From a virus (lineage: Duplodnaviria; Caudoviricetes): a stretch of DNA of 64,000 nt. The notes beneath the pieces are model-generated. The model did no database searches and was not told the DNA's origin. It saw nothing but the letters and a program-made list of their open reading frames with translations. Location of the stretch: positions 84,483 through 148,482 of the IMG/VR virus record IMGVR_UViG_3300033070_001349, one strand, 5' to 3'. Position numbers and translations under genes: made by a program. Every line of letters starts with the position of its first letter. Within the stretch, counting starts at the first letter, position 1. Shown here one piece after another: positions 28,108 through 37,258 of the stretch.

Positions 28108-31100
28108 TCGACATTCGCGGGGGCCGCGCCCGCTCGATCCGAGAGCAGTCAGAGGTCGAAGCCGCCCTCCGCGAGGAGCTCAAGGGCCTCACCCCGGAGG
28201 AGCTCGCCGTCCTCGACCTCCTCTTGAAGGAGCAGGGCAAGGCGCCCCTCCCCGGGGTGGACCCGGGCCTCTCGGTCCTGCGGGCCCTCGAACGCACGGA
28301 GTGGAAGGTCCCGCCGGTCGACATGCGGACCTTCATCTACGACCCCTACTACCTCGGGGAGTCGTGCGGCGAGCTCTACCCCTCCCACTACGCGGACCTC
28401 TCTGAGCTCTTCGACCGCGGGGGCTACCACGAGGCCCTGTGGACGGGCGCGATCGGATGCCTGCGGGGAGACACCCCCGTCCACGACCCGGTCACGGGCA
28501 TCACCGCCTCCGTGGAGGCCCGCTACCAGGAGGGCCGTCCCTTCCACGTCTGGTCCCGCTCGGACGCCGGGCCGGTGATCGCCGAGGCGTGGGCCCCCCT
28601 GCGCTACCCCGAGGCCCCGATGTTCCGGGTCACCCTCGACACCGGGGAGTCGTGCGTCGTCACCCCCGAGCATCGGTTCTGGGACGGTTTCAGGTGGGTG
28701 ACCGCTTCCGAGGTCCGCGAACGCCTGCGAGGATCCGAGCTTGTCCTGCTTCCGTCCAGTTCGGACATCGTCCCTTCAACTCGTGCGCGAGGTGCTCTCC
28801 GTTCGACGCGAAGAGTTCCAGGTTCTCCGGGCGGTTGTCGGCCGGGTCTCCGTTCCGATGGTGGACGACCTCCTTCGGATCGAGAAGACGCCCGAGGGTG
28901 GTCTCCATCACGAGGCGATGCTCTCGGACGTACCCGTGGCTATCCGCGTTCGGATGGTCAGGGCGAAGGAGGAGCACATAGCCGGACTTGTCGAGCATCC
29001 GCCCCCCCTTCCACGACCAGTTCCTCCCTTCTCTCGGGCCCCGACGCCGAGGCTCTTCTCCTAGCGCTCGAAGGGCGGCGGCCACCCGGTTCCGACTCGA
29101 TCCGACGAGTGCGGCGACTTCTGGCAGCGTGTGCCCTTCTCGGTACAGCTCTAGGGCTCGGGCCCGACGCTCATCCGTCCATCGCGCCCCAAGGTTGCAG
29201 GGCTTCTCGGGCGTCCATCGGGCCGTCATGGGGTGAGCTCTACCCTGACGGGAGCGAATGGACAAGGACGGCGGCTCGTGTCGTGTCCGTGGAAACAGAG
29301 GCCCCCGAGCCCTACTTCGACTTCCACGTCCCGATCCACAACAACTACGCCGCCGCGGGCCTATGGCACCACAACACCGGCAAGAGCTTCTCCGCCTCCG
29401 TCGGCGTGTGCCGCGTCCTCTACGAAATCTCGTGCATGAGGGACCCGCACGGGGCCTTCCACATCGCCCGGCACTCGCCGATCCACCTCGTGTGCCTCTC
29501 CGTCACCGAGGACCTCGCGATCAAGGTCGCCTTCGACTACATCATCGAGAAGATCCAGCTCTCCCCCTACTTCCGCGAGAACTTCCCCTACCGCCCAGGG
29601 AAGAAGGAGTTTCTCTTCCCGAACAAGGTGTCCCTCGCGGCCCGCGCGACCACCGACACCTCGGCCCTCGGGCTCAACGTCATCTCGGTCTTCCTCGACG
29701 AGTCCGACTTCATCAAGAAGCCCGGCAAGGCGAAGCTCGCGGCCGGGGAGAAGGACACCGCCGAGCGCATCTACGCGAAGCTCAAGCGCCGCGTGAAGAG
29801 CCGCTTCCAGCGCAACGGCCGCCTCCCCGGGATGCTCTTCATCGTCTCGTCCAAGCGCCGCACCGACGACTTCTCCGCCCGGCACATCGAGAAGAGCCGC
29901 CACGACCCCACCGTCTTCGTCTCGGACAAGTCCCTGTGGGACGTGAAGCCCGAGTCCTACTCGAAGGAGCGCTTCCACGTCTTCGTCGGGAACGAGAGCC
30001 TCCCCTCGAAGATCCTAGAGCCCGCCGAGGTCGAGACCTACCGGGCCGTCGCAGAGGGCAAGGATACGTGCGTGGTCTTGGAGGTCCCCGAGGACTTCCG
30101 CCCTGACTTCGAGCGCGAGCTCGAAGAGGCGATCCGGGACATCGCCGGGGTCGCCACGGTCTCGATCGCCCCCTTCATTCAGCGCCGCGAGCGGATCCAG
30201 GCGGCGGCCGACTACGGCGACGCGAACGGCCTCCTCCACCCGTTCAGCACCGTCGAGTACGTTCCGGGGTCCGGCGCTGAGTTCCTGTGGGGCATCCTCG
30301 CCGAGACCTACTCGCACCCCCTCTCCGAGGGTGGCTACGAGACCAAGTGGCGCCCGCGGCTCAACCCGTGGGCCGCACGCCACGTCCACATCGACCCGTC
30401 GCTCACCGGGGACTCGACCGGCCTCGCGATCGGCCACGTCGCCGGGTACAAGGAGGTCCTCCGCCGGGACTCCAACCACAGGATCTACGCCGAGAAGGCC
30501 CCGGTCATCGTCATCGACCTGATCCTGCGGATCGTCCCGCCCCTAGGGGACGAGATCATCCTCGGGGACGTGCGGGCCCTCGTCTACCAGTGGGCCGAGC
30601 ACGGGTTCCGCCTCGCGAAGATCACCATGGACTCCTTCCAGAGCGCGGACGGACTCCAGCAGATGGCCCAGAAGGGGTACAGCGCCGAGGTCTACTCGGT
30701 CGACCGGACCCCCACCGCCTACGAGATGCTCAAGACGGCCCTCTACGAGGGGCGCCTCATCTACTACGGCTACCCCAAGCTCCTCGAAGAGCTCAGGAAG
30801 CTCGAAAAGAACCACGTCACGCACAAGGTCGACCACCCGCCCATGGGCTCCAAGGACTGCGCGGACGCCGTGGCGGCCCTGGTGGCGACCCTGTCGGGCG
30901 TGATCGCCGACGTGGCGACAGACCCCCTACCCATGCTCCGCGGTCTCTCGTATTCTCCCGAGCTCGTGAGCCCCTCCGCCGCCTCCACCCCCGCCCAGGC
31001 CGCCCAGGTCGCCCACGCTCCAGTCTCCGACCGGGTGGCCTCGGCCCCTCTCGGGATGGTGGCCCCGGAGCCACATGACTCCAACCCCTACGGCGCGGAG

Positions 31101-31112
31101 TACGAGCCCTGA
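28104..31112 (+). CDS. terminase large subunit with intein
   Basis: Walker A TGAIG/TGKS after splicing, Walker B VFLDE, nuclease HIDPSLTGDSTG, ITMDSFQS, KVDHPPMGSKDCADAV. Confidence 0.9.
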   Translation: MIDIRGGRARSIREQSEVEAALREELKGLTPEELAVLDLLLKEQGKAPLPGVDPGLSVLRALERTEWKVPPVDMRTFIYDPYYLGESCGELYPSHYADLSELFDRGGYHEALWTGAIGCLRGDTPVHDPVTGITASVEARYQEGRPFHVWSRSDAGPVIAEAWAPLRYPEAPMFRVTLDTGESCVVTPEHRFWDGFRWVTASEVRERLRGSELVLLPSSSDIVPSTRARGALRSTRRVPGSPGGCRPGLRSDGGRPPSDREDARGWSPSRGDALGRTRGYPRSDGQGEGGAHSRTCRASAPPSTTSSSLLSGPDAEALLLALEGRRPPGSDSIRRVRRLLAACALLGTALGLGPDAHPSIAPQGCRASRASIGPSWGELYPDGSEWTRTAARVVSVETEAPEPYFDFHVPIHNNYAAAGLWHHNTGKSFSASVGVCRVLYEISCMRDPHGAFHIARHSPIHLVCLSVTEDLAIKVAFDYIIEKIQLSPYFRENFPYRPGKKEFLFPNKVSLAARATTDTSALGLNVISVFLDESDFIKKPGKAKLAAGEKDTAERIYAKLKRRVKSRFQRNGRLPGMLFIVSSKRRTDDFSARHIEKSRHDPTVFVSDKSLWDVKPESYSKERFHVFVGNESLPSKILEPAEVETYRAVAEGKDTCVVLEVPEDFRPDFERELEEAIRDIAGVATVSIAPFIQRRERIQAAADYGDANGLLHPFSTVEYVPGSGAEFLWGILAETYSHPLSEGGYETKWRPRLNPWAARHVHIDPSLTGDSTGLAIGHVAGYKEVLRRDSNHRIYAEKAPVIVIDLILRIVPPLGDEIILGDVRALVYQWAEHGFRLAKITMDSFQSADGLQQMAQKGYSAEVYSVDRTPTAYEMLKTALYEGRLIYYGYPKLLEELRKLEKNHVTHKVDHPPMGSKDCADAVAALVATLSGVIADVATDPLPMLRGLSYSPELVSPSAASTPAQAAQVAHAPVSDRVASAPLGMVAPEPHDSNPYGAEYEP
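28690..29229 (-). CDS. HNH homing endonuclease nested antisense inside the TerL intein
   Basis: N-terminal HTH (LELYREGHTLPEVAALVGSSRNRV), WKGGR, GYV...HP...GYVREHRLVME..LGR.L...EVVHHRNGDPADNRPENL. Confidence 0.85.
   Translation of the reverse strand: MTARWTPEKPCNLGARWTDERRARALELYREGHTLPEVAALVGSSRNRVAAALRALGEEPRRRGPREGRNWSWKGGRMLDKSGYVLLLRPDHPNADSHGYVREHRLVMETTLGRLLDPKEVVHHRNGDPADNRPENLELFASNGEHLAHELKGRCPNWTEAGQARILAGVRGPRKRSPT
29237..29265 (-). promoter_or_regulatory. candidate internal promoter for the antisense HNH gene
   Basis: On -: TTGTCC-17 nt-TAGAGC-7 nt-ATG, the same geometry as other leaderless promoters here, but with an imperfect -10. Confidence 0.4.
31067..31082 (-). repeat. 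dispersed palindrome copy 5, in the TerL tail just upstream of the portal gene
   Basis: GGAGCCACATGACTCC. Confidence 0.9.
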
Positions 31113-31116
31113 CGCC

Positions 31117-33903
31117 ATGGGGATCCTCGACGGCCTCACCTCCGTAGCCCGCCGGGTCCGGCAGTGGGCCACCTCGACCAGGACCCGCCAAGCCCGCGAG
31201 CTTGCCGTGGGCGGCACTGGGGCCTCCGCCCTCGGCACCGGCTACGACCTCCTCTCGTCCTACGGGGCGGACAACCTCTCCTCGTACCTCCAGCTCGACC
31301 ACGGCCTGTTGGAGCGGTACAGCGACTATGAGGGGATGGACGAGTACCCCCTGGTCTCGTGTCTAGCGGGCGATTCGCTCGTTTTCACGCTCGAAGAGGG
31401 ATGGGTTCCGATCCGCACGCTGGCCGATCGCGGTCTGGAGTTCCACGTCCTCGCCTACGACAAGGCGACCCGGTCCCTCGTCCCGGCGAAGGCATCGGAC
31501 GCTCGCTGCACGGGGCCAGAAGGGCACGCGAAGCCCATGGTTCGGGTCGTCACGGACGATGGCCGAACCATCACCTGTACGTCGGACCACCTCTTCCTCC
31601 TCAAGGACGAGGTCTGGCGTACCGCGGGGGACCTCCAACCCGGAGACCGGCTCATGCCCGGGGTTCTGCGCCAGAGGCACCTCGCCGTATGCTCGCAGAC
31701 CTACTGGGAGGTGCACCAGCCCCAGTCGGACTCCACCTACCGGGCCTCGGATGGCAAGCGGTGGGTGTGGCTCCACCGGCTCGTGGCGGAGACGCTCCTC
31801 GGGGCGGTCCCTTCGGCGGGAGAGGTCGTCCACCACATCGACGAGAACACGCACAACAACGCCCCGAGCAACCTGAGCATCGAGGACAACGCCTCCCACG
31901 CCCGGATCCACCTCGCAGGCATCGACAACACGCGCTTCTTCCCGGAGTGGACGGCGGAGCGCCGCGCCCAGGCCGCCGAGCGGATGCGGGGCAACGACTT
32001 CGCCCTCGGCAAGAAGTTCTCGCCCGAGGTCAAGCAGCGGTTGTCGGAGGCCCGGAAGGGCCGCCCCAAGTCCGAAGCGCACCGTCGGGCCATCGGTCTC
32101 GCGCAGCCCTCTCGCGTCGCTCTGCCCCGCGAGGTGGTCGAGGGAGCCCTCCGGGAAGGGGGCACCGTAGCGCGTGCCGCTCGCCTTCTCGGGGTATCGT
32201 GGAGCACCATGAATCGTAGGGCCGAGGAGTTCGACCTCCTCTCGTCCGAGGCGAACCATCGGGTACTTCGGGTGGAGGTTCTCCCCTCGCGCGAGCCCGT
32301 CTACGACCTCACGGTGCCGGGCTTCCACAACTTCGTCTGCAACGGCGTGGTCGTCCACAACAGCGCCCTCGACGTGTACGCCGACGACGCGACGCAGACC
32401 GACCAGCAGACGGGGAAGGCGATCTGGGCCAAGTCCAAGGACCACCGCGTCGAGGAGATCCTGAACGACCTCCTCCACAAGGTGCTCCACATCGAGGACG
32501 AGCGCTGGGAGCTCGCCCGCACGCTCTGCAAGCACGGCAACGACTACGAGGAGCCCATCATCACGAACGAGGGCGTGGTGGCCCTCAACTTCCTCCCGGC
32601 CCCGACGATGCGCCGCCTCGAAGGCTCCAGGGGGGAGCTCTACGGCTACGTTCAGGACTTCCGGGGGAAGGTCGGGTACACGGTCCAAGAGTGGCAGCAG
32701 CTCATGGAGGCGCGCGACACCAAGCCGCGCCGCCCCCCTTTCGACCCAAGGGACCCGAACCTCGAACCTCCGGGGGAGGACGAGTACGTCGCGCCCTTCG
32801 AGGACTGGGAGGTGGTGCACTTCCGGCTCCGGGGCAGGCACCGCCGGTCGGTCTACGGCCACGCGGTTCTGGAGTCGGCGCGGTTCATCTACCGGCGGCT
32901 CATGCTCTTGGAGGACGCGGCCCTCATCTTCCGCCTCCAGCGGGCCCCCGAGAAGCTCGCCTTCTACGTGGACGTGGGTCAGATGCCCTCCACCGAGGCT
33001 CTCGCGCACGTCCGCCGTGTGCGCAACGACCACAAGAAAAAGAAGTTCATCAACCCCACGACGGGCCAGCTCGCGACCCGGATAGAGGCCTTCTCCCCCG
33101 ACGCCGACTACTGGGTCCCCTCCCGCGACGGCAAGGACTCCACCCGGATCGAGACGGTCTCCTCCCCCTCGTGGCAGCACATGGAGGACATCGAATACTT
33201 CCGCTCGATCCTCTTCGCCGCCATGAAGATCCCCAAGGCGTACCTCGGCGGTGACGAGGGCGTGGTGAACTCCGTCCTCTCCTCGCAGGACGTTCGCTTC
33301 GCCCGCACGATCCTCCGGGTGCAACAGGCCCTCAGGCAGGGCCTCCAGGCGATCTGCCGCATCCACCTCGCGGCCCTCGGGATCGACCCGAACCGGGTCG
33401 AGTTCGAGATCGAGATGACCATTCCGAGCTCGATCTTCGAGCTCGCCCAGCTCGAAGCCCGGAACGCTCGCGCCGACCTCGCGGGCCGGATGCGCGAGTT
33501 CGTCGACATGCGCACGATCCTTCAGGACGTGTTCGGGCTCTCGGACGAGGAGACCCTCCGGGTGGTGCAGGGCAAGCACCAGGACGCGGTCAGGGACGCC
33601 TTCACGCAGGCCAAGGTCCAATCCATCATGGGCGGTCCCGGCGGGCCCCGCGCTCCCGGGGGTGCCCCTGGCGGGCCCGAGGCCGCGCCCATCCCGCTCA
33701 CGCGCCGCCGGGCCGGGCTCCCGAACCTCATGCCGAACGACCTGGAGAAGGAGCTCTACGCCTCCCCCACCTCCAGCCGCCGGTCCCGGCAGTTCGAGAA
33801 GAAGCTCGACGAGGTCCTCAAGGGCGACCAGCTCCTCGCGGCCCGGCTCCAAGAGGTGAAGGAGCTCGTTCAGATGGTCTCCCAGTTCCGCCGTGCCTCG
33901 TGA
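31117..33903 (+). CDS. portal protein (T4 gp20-like) with intein
   Basis: MDEYPLVS/SALDVYADD, LEDAALIFRLQRAPE..AFYVDVG, DYWVP.RDG...TRIET, EDIEYF...LFAAMKIPKAYL, DVRFARTI. Confidence 0.9.
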   Translation: MGILDGLTSVARRVRQWATSTRTRQARELAVGGTGASALGTGYDLLSSYGADNLSSYLQLDHGLLERYSDYEGMDEYPLVSCLAGDSLVFTLEEGWVPIRTLADRGLEFHVLAYDKATRSLVPAKASDARCTGPEGHAKPMVRVVTDDGRTITCTSDHLFLLKDEVWRTAGDLQPGDRLMPGVLRQRHLAVCSQTYWEVHQPQSDSTYRASDGKRWVWLHRLVAETLLGAVPSAGEVVHHIDENTHNNAPSNLSIEDNASHARIHLAGIDNTRFFPEWTAERRAQAAERMRGNDFALGKKFSPEVKQRLSEARKGRPKSEAHRRAIGLAQPSRVALPREVVEGALREGGTVARAARLLGVSWSTMNRRAEEFDLLSSEANHRVLRVEVLPSREPVYDLTVPGFHNFVCNGVVVHNSALDVYADDATQTDQQTGKAIWAKSKDHRVEEILNDLLHKVLHIEDERWELARTLCKHGNDYEEPIITNEGVVALNFLPAPTMRRLEGSRGELYGYVQDFRGKVGYTVQEWQQLMEARDTKPRRPPFDPRDPNLEPPGEDEYVAPFEDWEVVHFRLRGRHRRSVYGHAVLESARFIYRRLMLLEDAALIFRLQRAPEKLAFYVDVGQMPSTEALAHVRRVRNDHKKKKFINPTTGQLATRIEAFSPDADYWVPSRDGKDSTRIETVSSPSWQHMEDIEYFRSILFAAMKIPKAYLGGDEGVVNSVLSSQDVRFARTILRVQQALRQGLQAICRIHLAALGIDPNRVEFEIEMTIPSSIFELAQLEARNARADLAGRMREFVDMRTILQDVFGLSDEETLRVVQGKHQDAVRDAFTQAKVQSIMGGPGGPRAPGGAPGGPEAAPIPLTRRRAGLPNLMPNDLEKELYASPTSSRRSRQFEKKLDEVLKGDQLLAARLQEVKELVQMVSQFRRAS
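31360..32361 (+). mobile_element. intein (334 aa) with in-frame HNH, NUMOD3-like and HTH modules, in the portal gene
   Basis: CLAGDSLV start, TSDHLFL, HRLVAE...VHHIDENTHNNAPSNL, GKKFSPEVKQRLSEARKG, ends VYDLTVPGFHNFVCNGVVVHN with Ser at +1. Confidence 0.9.
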
Positions 33904-33910
33904 CGGGCTA

Positions 33911-33940
33911 TTGACGCCGCTCGGGTCCCTTCGGTAGCGT
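33911..33940 (+). promoter_or_regulatory. possible sigma70-type promoter
   Basis: TTGACG-18 nt-TAGCGT upstream of GTG 33951. Confidence 0.4.
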
Positions 33941-33950
33941 CCTCTTCGTC

Positions 33951-34643
33951 GTGAGTTCGTTCGAGTCGATGATCGAAGCAAGGCGCCGGGCTCTTCAAGA
34001 GCAGGCCCCGTTCGTCTTCGACCCCACCGCTGAGTGGGCGATCCTTCGGACCTACCCGACCTACACCTCCGTTCGTATCGGCACCCGCACGGCGGTCGTG
34101 ATCGAGTCGGCCTCGGGTCTCCTCGTCCTTCCGCCCTCCCACCTCCGCGCTCGGGTCTCCCTTTCGGAGGGAGCGATCCCGGCCGCCGCGCTCGTGGACG
34201 CCTCCCCGGACGCCGACGACGCCTCCGTCATGCGTCGGGCTCTCCGCGCGGCTTCCTTCGGGGAGGGCCTGGACGCGAAGTTCCTGACCGGCCGGGTGTC
34301 CCGATCGGATATCCAGGTCGAGGACCCGGACAGGTTCCGCTCCGTCTCGCTTGTGGATGAGGACACCCGCATGGCCCTTCGCGCGCCCATGCGTGCGGCC
34401 ATCCGGGCTCAACTCTCTGAGCGCGAGAGGCTCTACCGCAGGGCGTGCGCCCGCTCCGTCTCCGAGGACGCGGCGACCCCCCTTCGGGCCCTTCTGTTGG
34501 CGACGCCTTCGGCGTTGGCCGCCTGCGTCCGCACCGGGCGCAGGGTAGTCGAAACCATCGAAGACCCCTTGTTTCTCGCGAACTACCACCGTAGTCTCGC
34601 CGAGCGACACATCCCCCACACGATCCTCGCAGGTACGGAGTAG
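33951..34643 (+). CDS. hypothetical head-module protein
   Basis: ORF between portal and scaffold/protease genes. Confidence 0.6.
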   Translation: MSSFESMIEARRRALQEQAPFVFDPTAEWAILRTYPTYTSVRIGTRTAVVIESASGLLVLPPSHLRARVSLSEGAIPAAALVDASPDADDASVMRRALRAASFGEGLDAKFLTGRVSRSDIQVEDPDRFRSVSLVDEDTRMALRAPMRAAIRAQLSERERLYRRACARSVSEDAATPLRALLLATPSALAACVRTGRRVVETIEDPLFLANYHRSLAERHIPHTILAGTE

Positions 34644-34656
34644 AGAGAGACACGCC

Positions 34657-35706
34657 ATGGGCAAGGACCAGTACGGACTCACGAGCCTCGCCGAGGACAT
34701 GAACTTCCTGGGCGTGCAGACGCCGCGCCGCCAGGGCGCCCCCGAGGAGCTCCTCCGCATGGAGGAGAGCTTCGCGGGCCTGGGCGGTCGCCGCTCCACC
34801 CTGTCCCGCATGAACGAGTCGGCCCCGCGCCAGAGCTCCGGCCAGCGCCCCCAGGCCCCCCGCCAGGGGCAGCGGCCCTCGGCCCGGGTCGCCGAACACC
34901 TCCAGGCCTTCGAGTCCGCGTCGCGGACCCAGCGGCCGGTCCCGCAGAACTTCCGCCGGGGCATCCAGACCGCGACCGTGCAGCGCCTCATGGAGAACGT
35001 CTCCCGCTCCCTCGCCGAGCTCCGGTCGGTCGACCGGGCCGAGGCGGTCCGGGCATGGGCGCAGACGGCCGTGGTCAGCGAGACCTTCGCCCACCGCTTC
35101 AAGAAGATCGGCAAGCGCCTCGGCGAGCGCCGCATCATCGCCGCGGGCGAGCTCTGCGGTCGCCTCGCCAACCAGAGCGCGGCGATCGTCTCGGAGCTTC
35201 GCTCGCACCGCAACCCCGCCAACCTCGCGGCCAAGATGACCCAGGCGCTCGGCGTGGTGGCCGAGTCGATGCGGCTCTACGGCGGCCTGACCGAGGGCCC
35301 CGACGCGCCCTTCCCCGTCCCCCCGCCCGGCGCCCCCGCGCCGAAGATGCCCCCCACGGGCGGCGCCCCCGAGGAGGACCCCCTCTCGATCGGCATGGGC
35401 TCGCCGACGCAGGGCATGGAGGGCGACATCAGCGGCGGCATGGGCGGCGGCATGGGCGGTGGGATGCCCGGCGGCATGGAGGCCGAGGCCGACCCGATGG
35501 GCCTCGGCGGCTTCGGGGTCGACCCGAACGCCCCCCCGAAGCCCGGCGCCCCCGGCGTCCCCGGCGCCCCCATGGAGGGGATCGAGGACCAGGAGAACCT
35601 CTGGTTCCCCTACCAGGACGGCCGCGACGACCCCGACCTGATCGAGGGCGACGGGGCCCCGGGGGACGACGACCCCGACCCTTTGGCGGTGCCCGAGACG
35701 CCGTAG
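34657..35706 (+). CDS. putative prohead core/scaffold-associated protein with possible -1 frameshift extension to 35858
   Basis: Strong GC3, low-complexity Gly/Met/Pro tail, position before the protease; C CCT TTG at 35679-35685. Confidence 0.65.
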   Translation: MGKDQYGLTSLAEDMNFLGVQTPRRQGAPEELLRMEESFAGLGGRRSTLSRMNESAPRQSSGQRPQAPRQGQRPSARVAEHLQAFESASRTQRPVPQNFRRGIQTATVQRLMENVSRSLAELRSVDRAEAVRAWAQTAVVSETFAHRFKKIGKRLGERRIIAAGELCGRLANQSAAIVSELRSHRNPANLAAKMTQALGVVAESMRLYGGLTEGPDAPFPVPPPGAPAPKMPPTGGAPEEDPLSIGMGSPTQGMEGDISGGMGGGMGGGMPGGMEAEADPMGLGGFGVDPNAPPKPGAPGVPGAPMEGIEDQENLWFPYQDGRDDPDLIEGDGAPGDDDPDPLAVPETP

Positions 35707-35863
35707 AGGCGTGGCGGCTCCGGCGGACGGCCTACTCCTCGGGTCGCCGCGAGCGCATCGGGTACAAGGCCCCGAAGTTCGGGGCGAAGCGGACTGCCAC
35801 CTTCGCCCCCTCCGTGCTCCCGACAGAGTTCCGACGCAAGCGATCGAAGCGGTACTAGACACG

Positions 35864-37222
35864 ATGCCCACCTCTACCGAACGCCAAGAGCTGATCGAGA
35901 CCGCGACGATCACCTTCCGGCCCGTCCTCACCGAGGGGGTCGGCGGGAAGAAGCTCGTGGTGCGCGGGGAGTTCGCCCGCTCCGGGGTCCCCACGGCCAA
36001 CGGCCGCATCTACTCCCGGGCCCTGTGGGAGCGGGAGCTTCGCCGCCTCCAGAAGGCCATCCGGGAGCGCAAGGTGACCGGGGAGCTCAACCACCCGCGG
36101 GACGGGGTGGCGGATATGTTCAACACCGCCCACCTCCTTACCGCGCTCGCGATCACGCCCGAGGGCATCGTGATCGGCGAGGCGGAGGTCCTCGAAAACC
36201 TCCCCGGGGGGAAGGTCGTCGCCGAGCTCTACGCCCGCGGGGCCAAGGTGGGCGTGTCGTCCAGGGGCTTCGGGTCCACCCGTCCTGACGCGAGCGGGAA
36301 CGACGTGGTGCAGGAAGACTACGAGCTCAAGACCTTCGACTTCGTCTCCGACCCGGCGGACTCCTTCGCCTACCCGGAGGCCGTCACAGAATCCACCACC
36401 GCAGGAGCCCGTTCGATGCCCGAGAGCCGTCAGACCGCCACGCAATTCCTCGAAGGGGTCGCGGAGGTCCGCGCCGCCGTCTACGAGAAGATCGCCGAGG
36501 ACCCCACCGGCCTCCCGAAGGAGGTCTACGAGAGCCTCCGCAAGCACTTCGCCGGGGGCGTCCTCGCCGAGGGGACCGGGGACGTGGCGGCCCTCCGCGC
36601 GGAGCGGGACGAGGCGGTCAAGCTCGCCCGCCGCTACGGCTTCCAGCTCTTCGTGGAGCGCCGGATGGCCGAGGTGGACGAGGACGAGGCCAAGAGCCTG
36701 GGCGAGGCCGTGGGCGACCTCGACCAGTACGAGAGCCCCGCCGCCCTCGCCGAGGCGGTCAACTCCCACCTCCAGAAGCTCGCCTCGGCCCGGCAGGAGG
36801 CCTCCCTCGCGGAGAGCCACGCCCAGTCGAGGGCCGAGGAGCGCCGTGGGTACGAGGCCCGCATCGCCGCCTACGAGACCGCCCTCCAGAACGCCCTCGC
36901 CCTGAACGAGGAACTCGCCGCCGGGACCTACGTCCGCGAGCACGGCGTTCCCCGCGCCGAGGTCCCCCGCCGCCCGGTCCAGACCCAGCGCACGGCGCCC
37001 CGCGACCACATCGACGACATCGTCGAGTCGGTCCGCCGCCGGTCCCGGCCCGGCTCGGTCGAGGAGAGCCGCGAGCGGGTCCGCCAGTACGTGGGCCGGG
37101 GTCACTCCCGCGCCCCCGGCGGGGCCGTGAACGAGGAACGGGCCACCGCCCCGCGCGGCGACGAAGACTACCACGGGCTCGGAGCGTCGCTCGACGACCT
37201 CAAGGCCCTCGCAGGCATCTAG
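35864..37222 (+). CDS. prohead protease (T4 gp21-like) fused to a scaffold-like C-terminal region
   Basis: NGRIYS, GELNHP, KVGVSSRGFGS, FDFVSDPA; helical charged C-terminal half. Confidence 0.88.
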   Translation: MPTSTERQELIETATITFRPVLTEGVGGKKLVVRGEFARSGVPTANGRIYSRALWERELRRLQKAIRERKVTGELNHPRDGVADMFNTAHLLTALAITPEGIVIGEAEVLENLPGGKVVAELYARGAKVGVSSRGFGSTRPDASGNDVVQEDYELKTFDFVSDPADSFAYPEAVTESTTAGARSMPESRQTATQFLEGVAEVRAAVYEKIAEDPTGLPKEVYESLRKHFAGGVLAEGTGDVAALRAERDEAVKLARRYGFQLFVERRMAEVDEDEAKSLGEAVGDLDQYESPAALAEAVNSHLQKLASARQEASLAESHAQSRAEERRGYEARIAAYETALQNALALNEELAAGTYVREHGVPRAEVPRRPVQTQRTAPRDHIDDIVESVRRRSRPGSVEESRERVRQYVGRGHSRAPGGAVNEERATAPRGDEDYHGLGASLDDLKALAGI

Positions 37223-37258
37223 CGAAACCACCACCCCCTACTAGGGAGACCGACGACG

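Larger units (their letters stand above)
28458..29375 (+). mobile_element. intein (306 aa) in TerL Walker A; no endonuclease in the sense frame
   Basis: CLRGDTPV start, VTPEHRFW block B, ends YFDFHVPIHNNYAAAGLWHHN with Thr at +1; central ~170 aa is Arg/Gly/Ser/Pro-rich off-frame-like sequence. Confidence 0.9.

Noticed and set aside
35430-35480. GGCGGCATG tandem repeats
   Set aside because: Simple Gly-Gly-Met low-complexity coding repeat
35711-35863. N-terminal extension of the protease ORF predicted from GTG 35711
   Set aside because: Coding bias here belongs to another frame (the frameshift tail); the protease more plausibly starts at ATG 35864. Similar over-extended starts were trimmed for the ORFs at 1804, 7616, 8799, 10991, 12264, 52852 and 61113.
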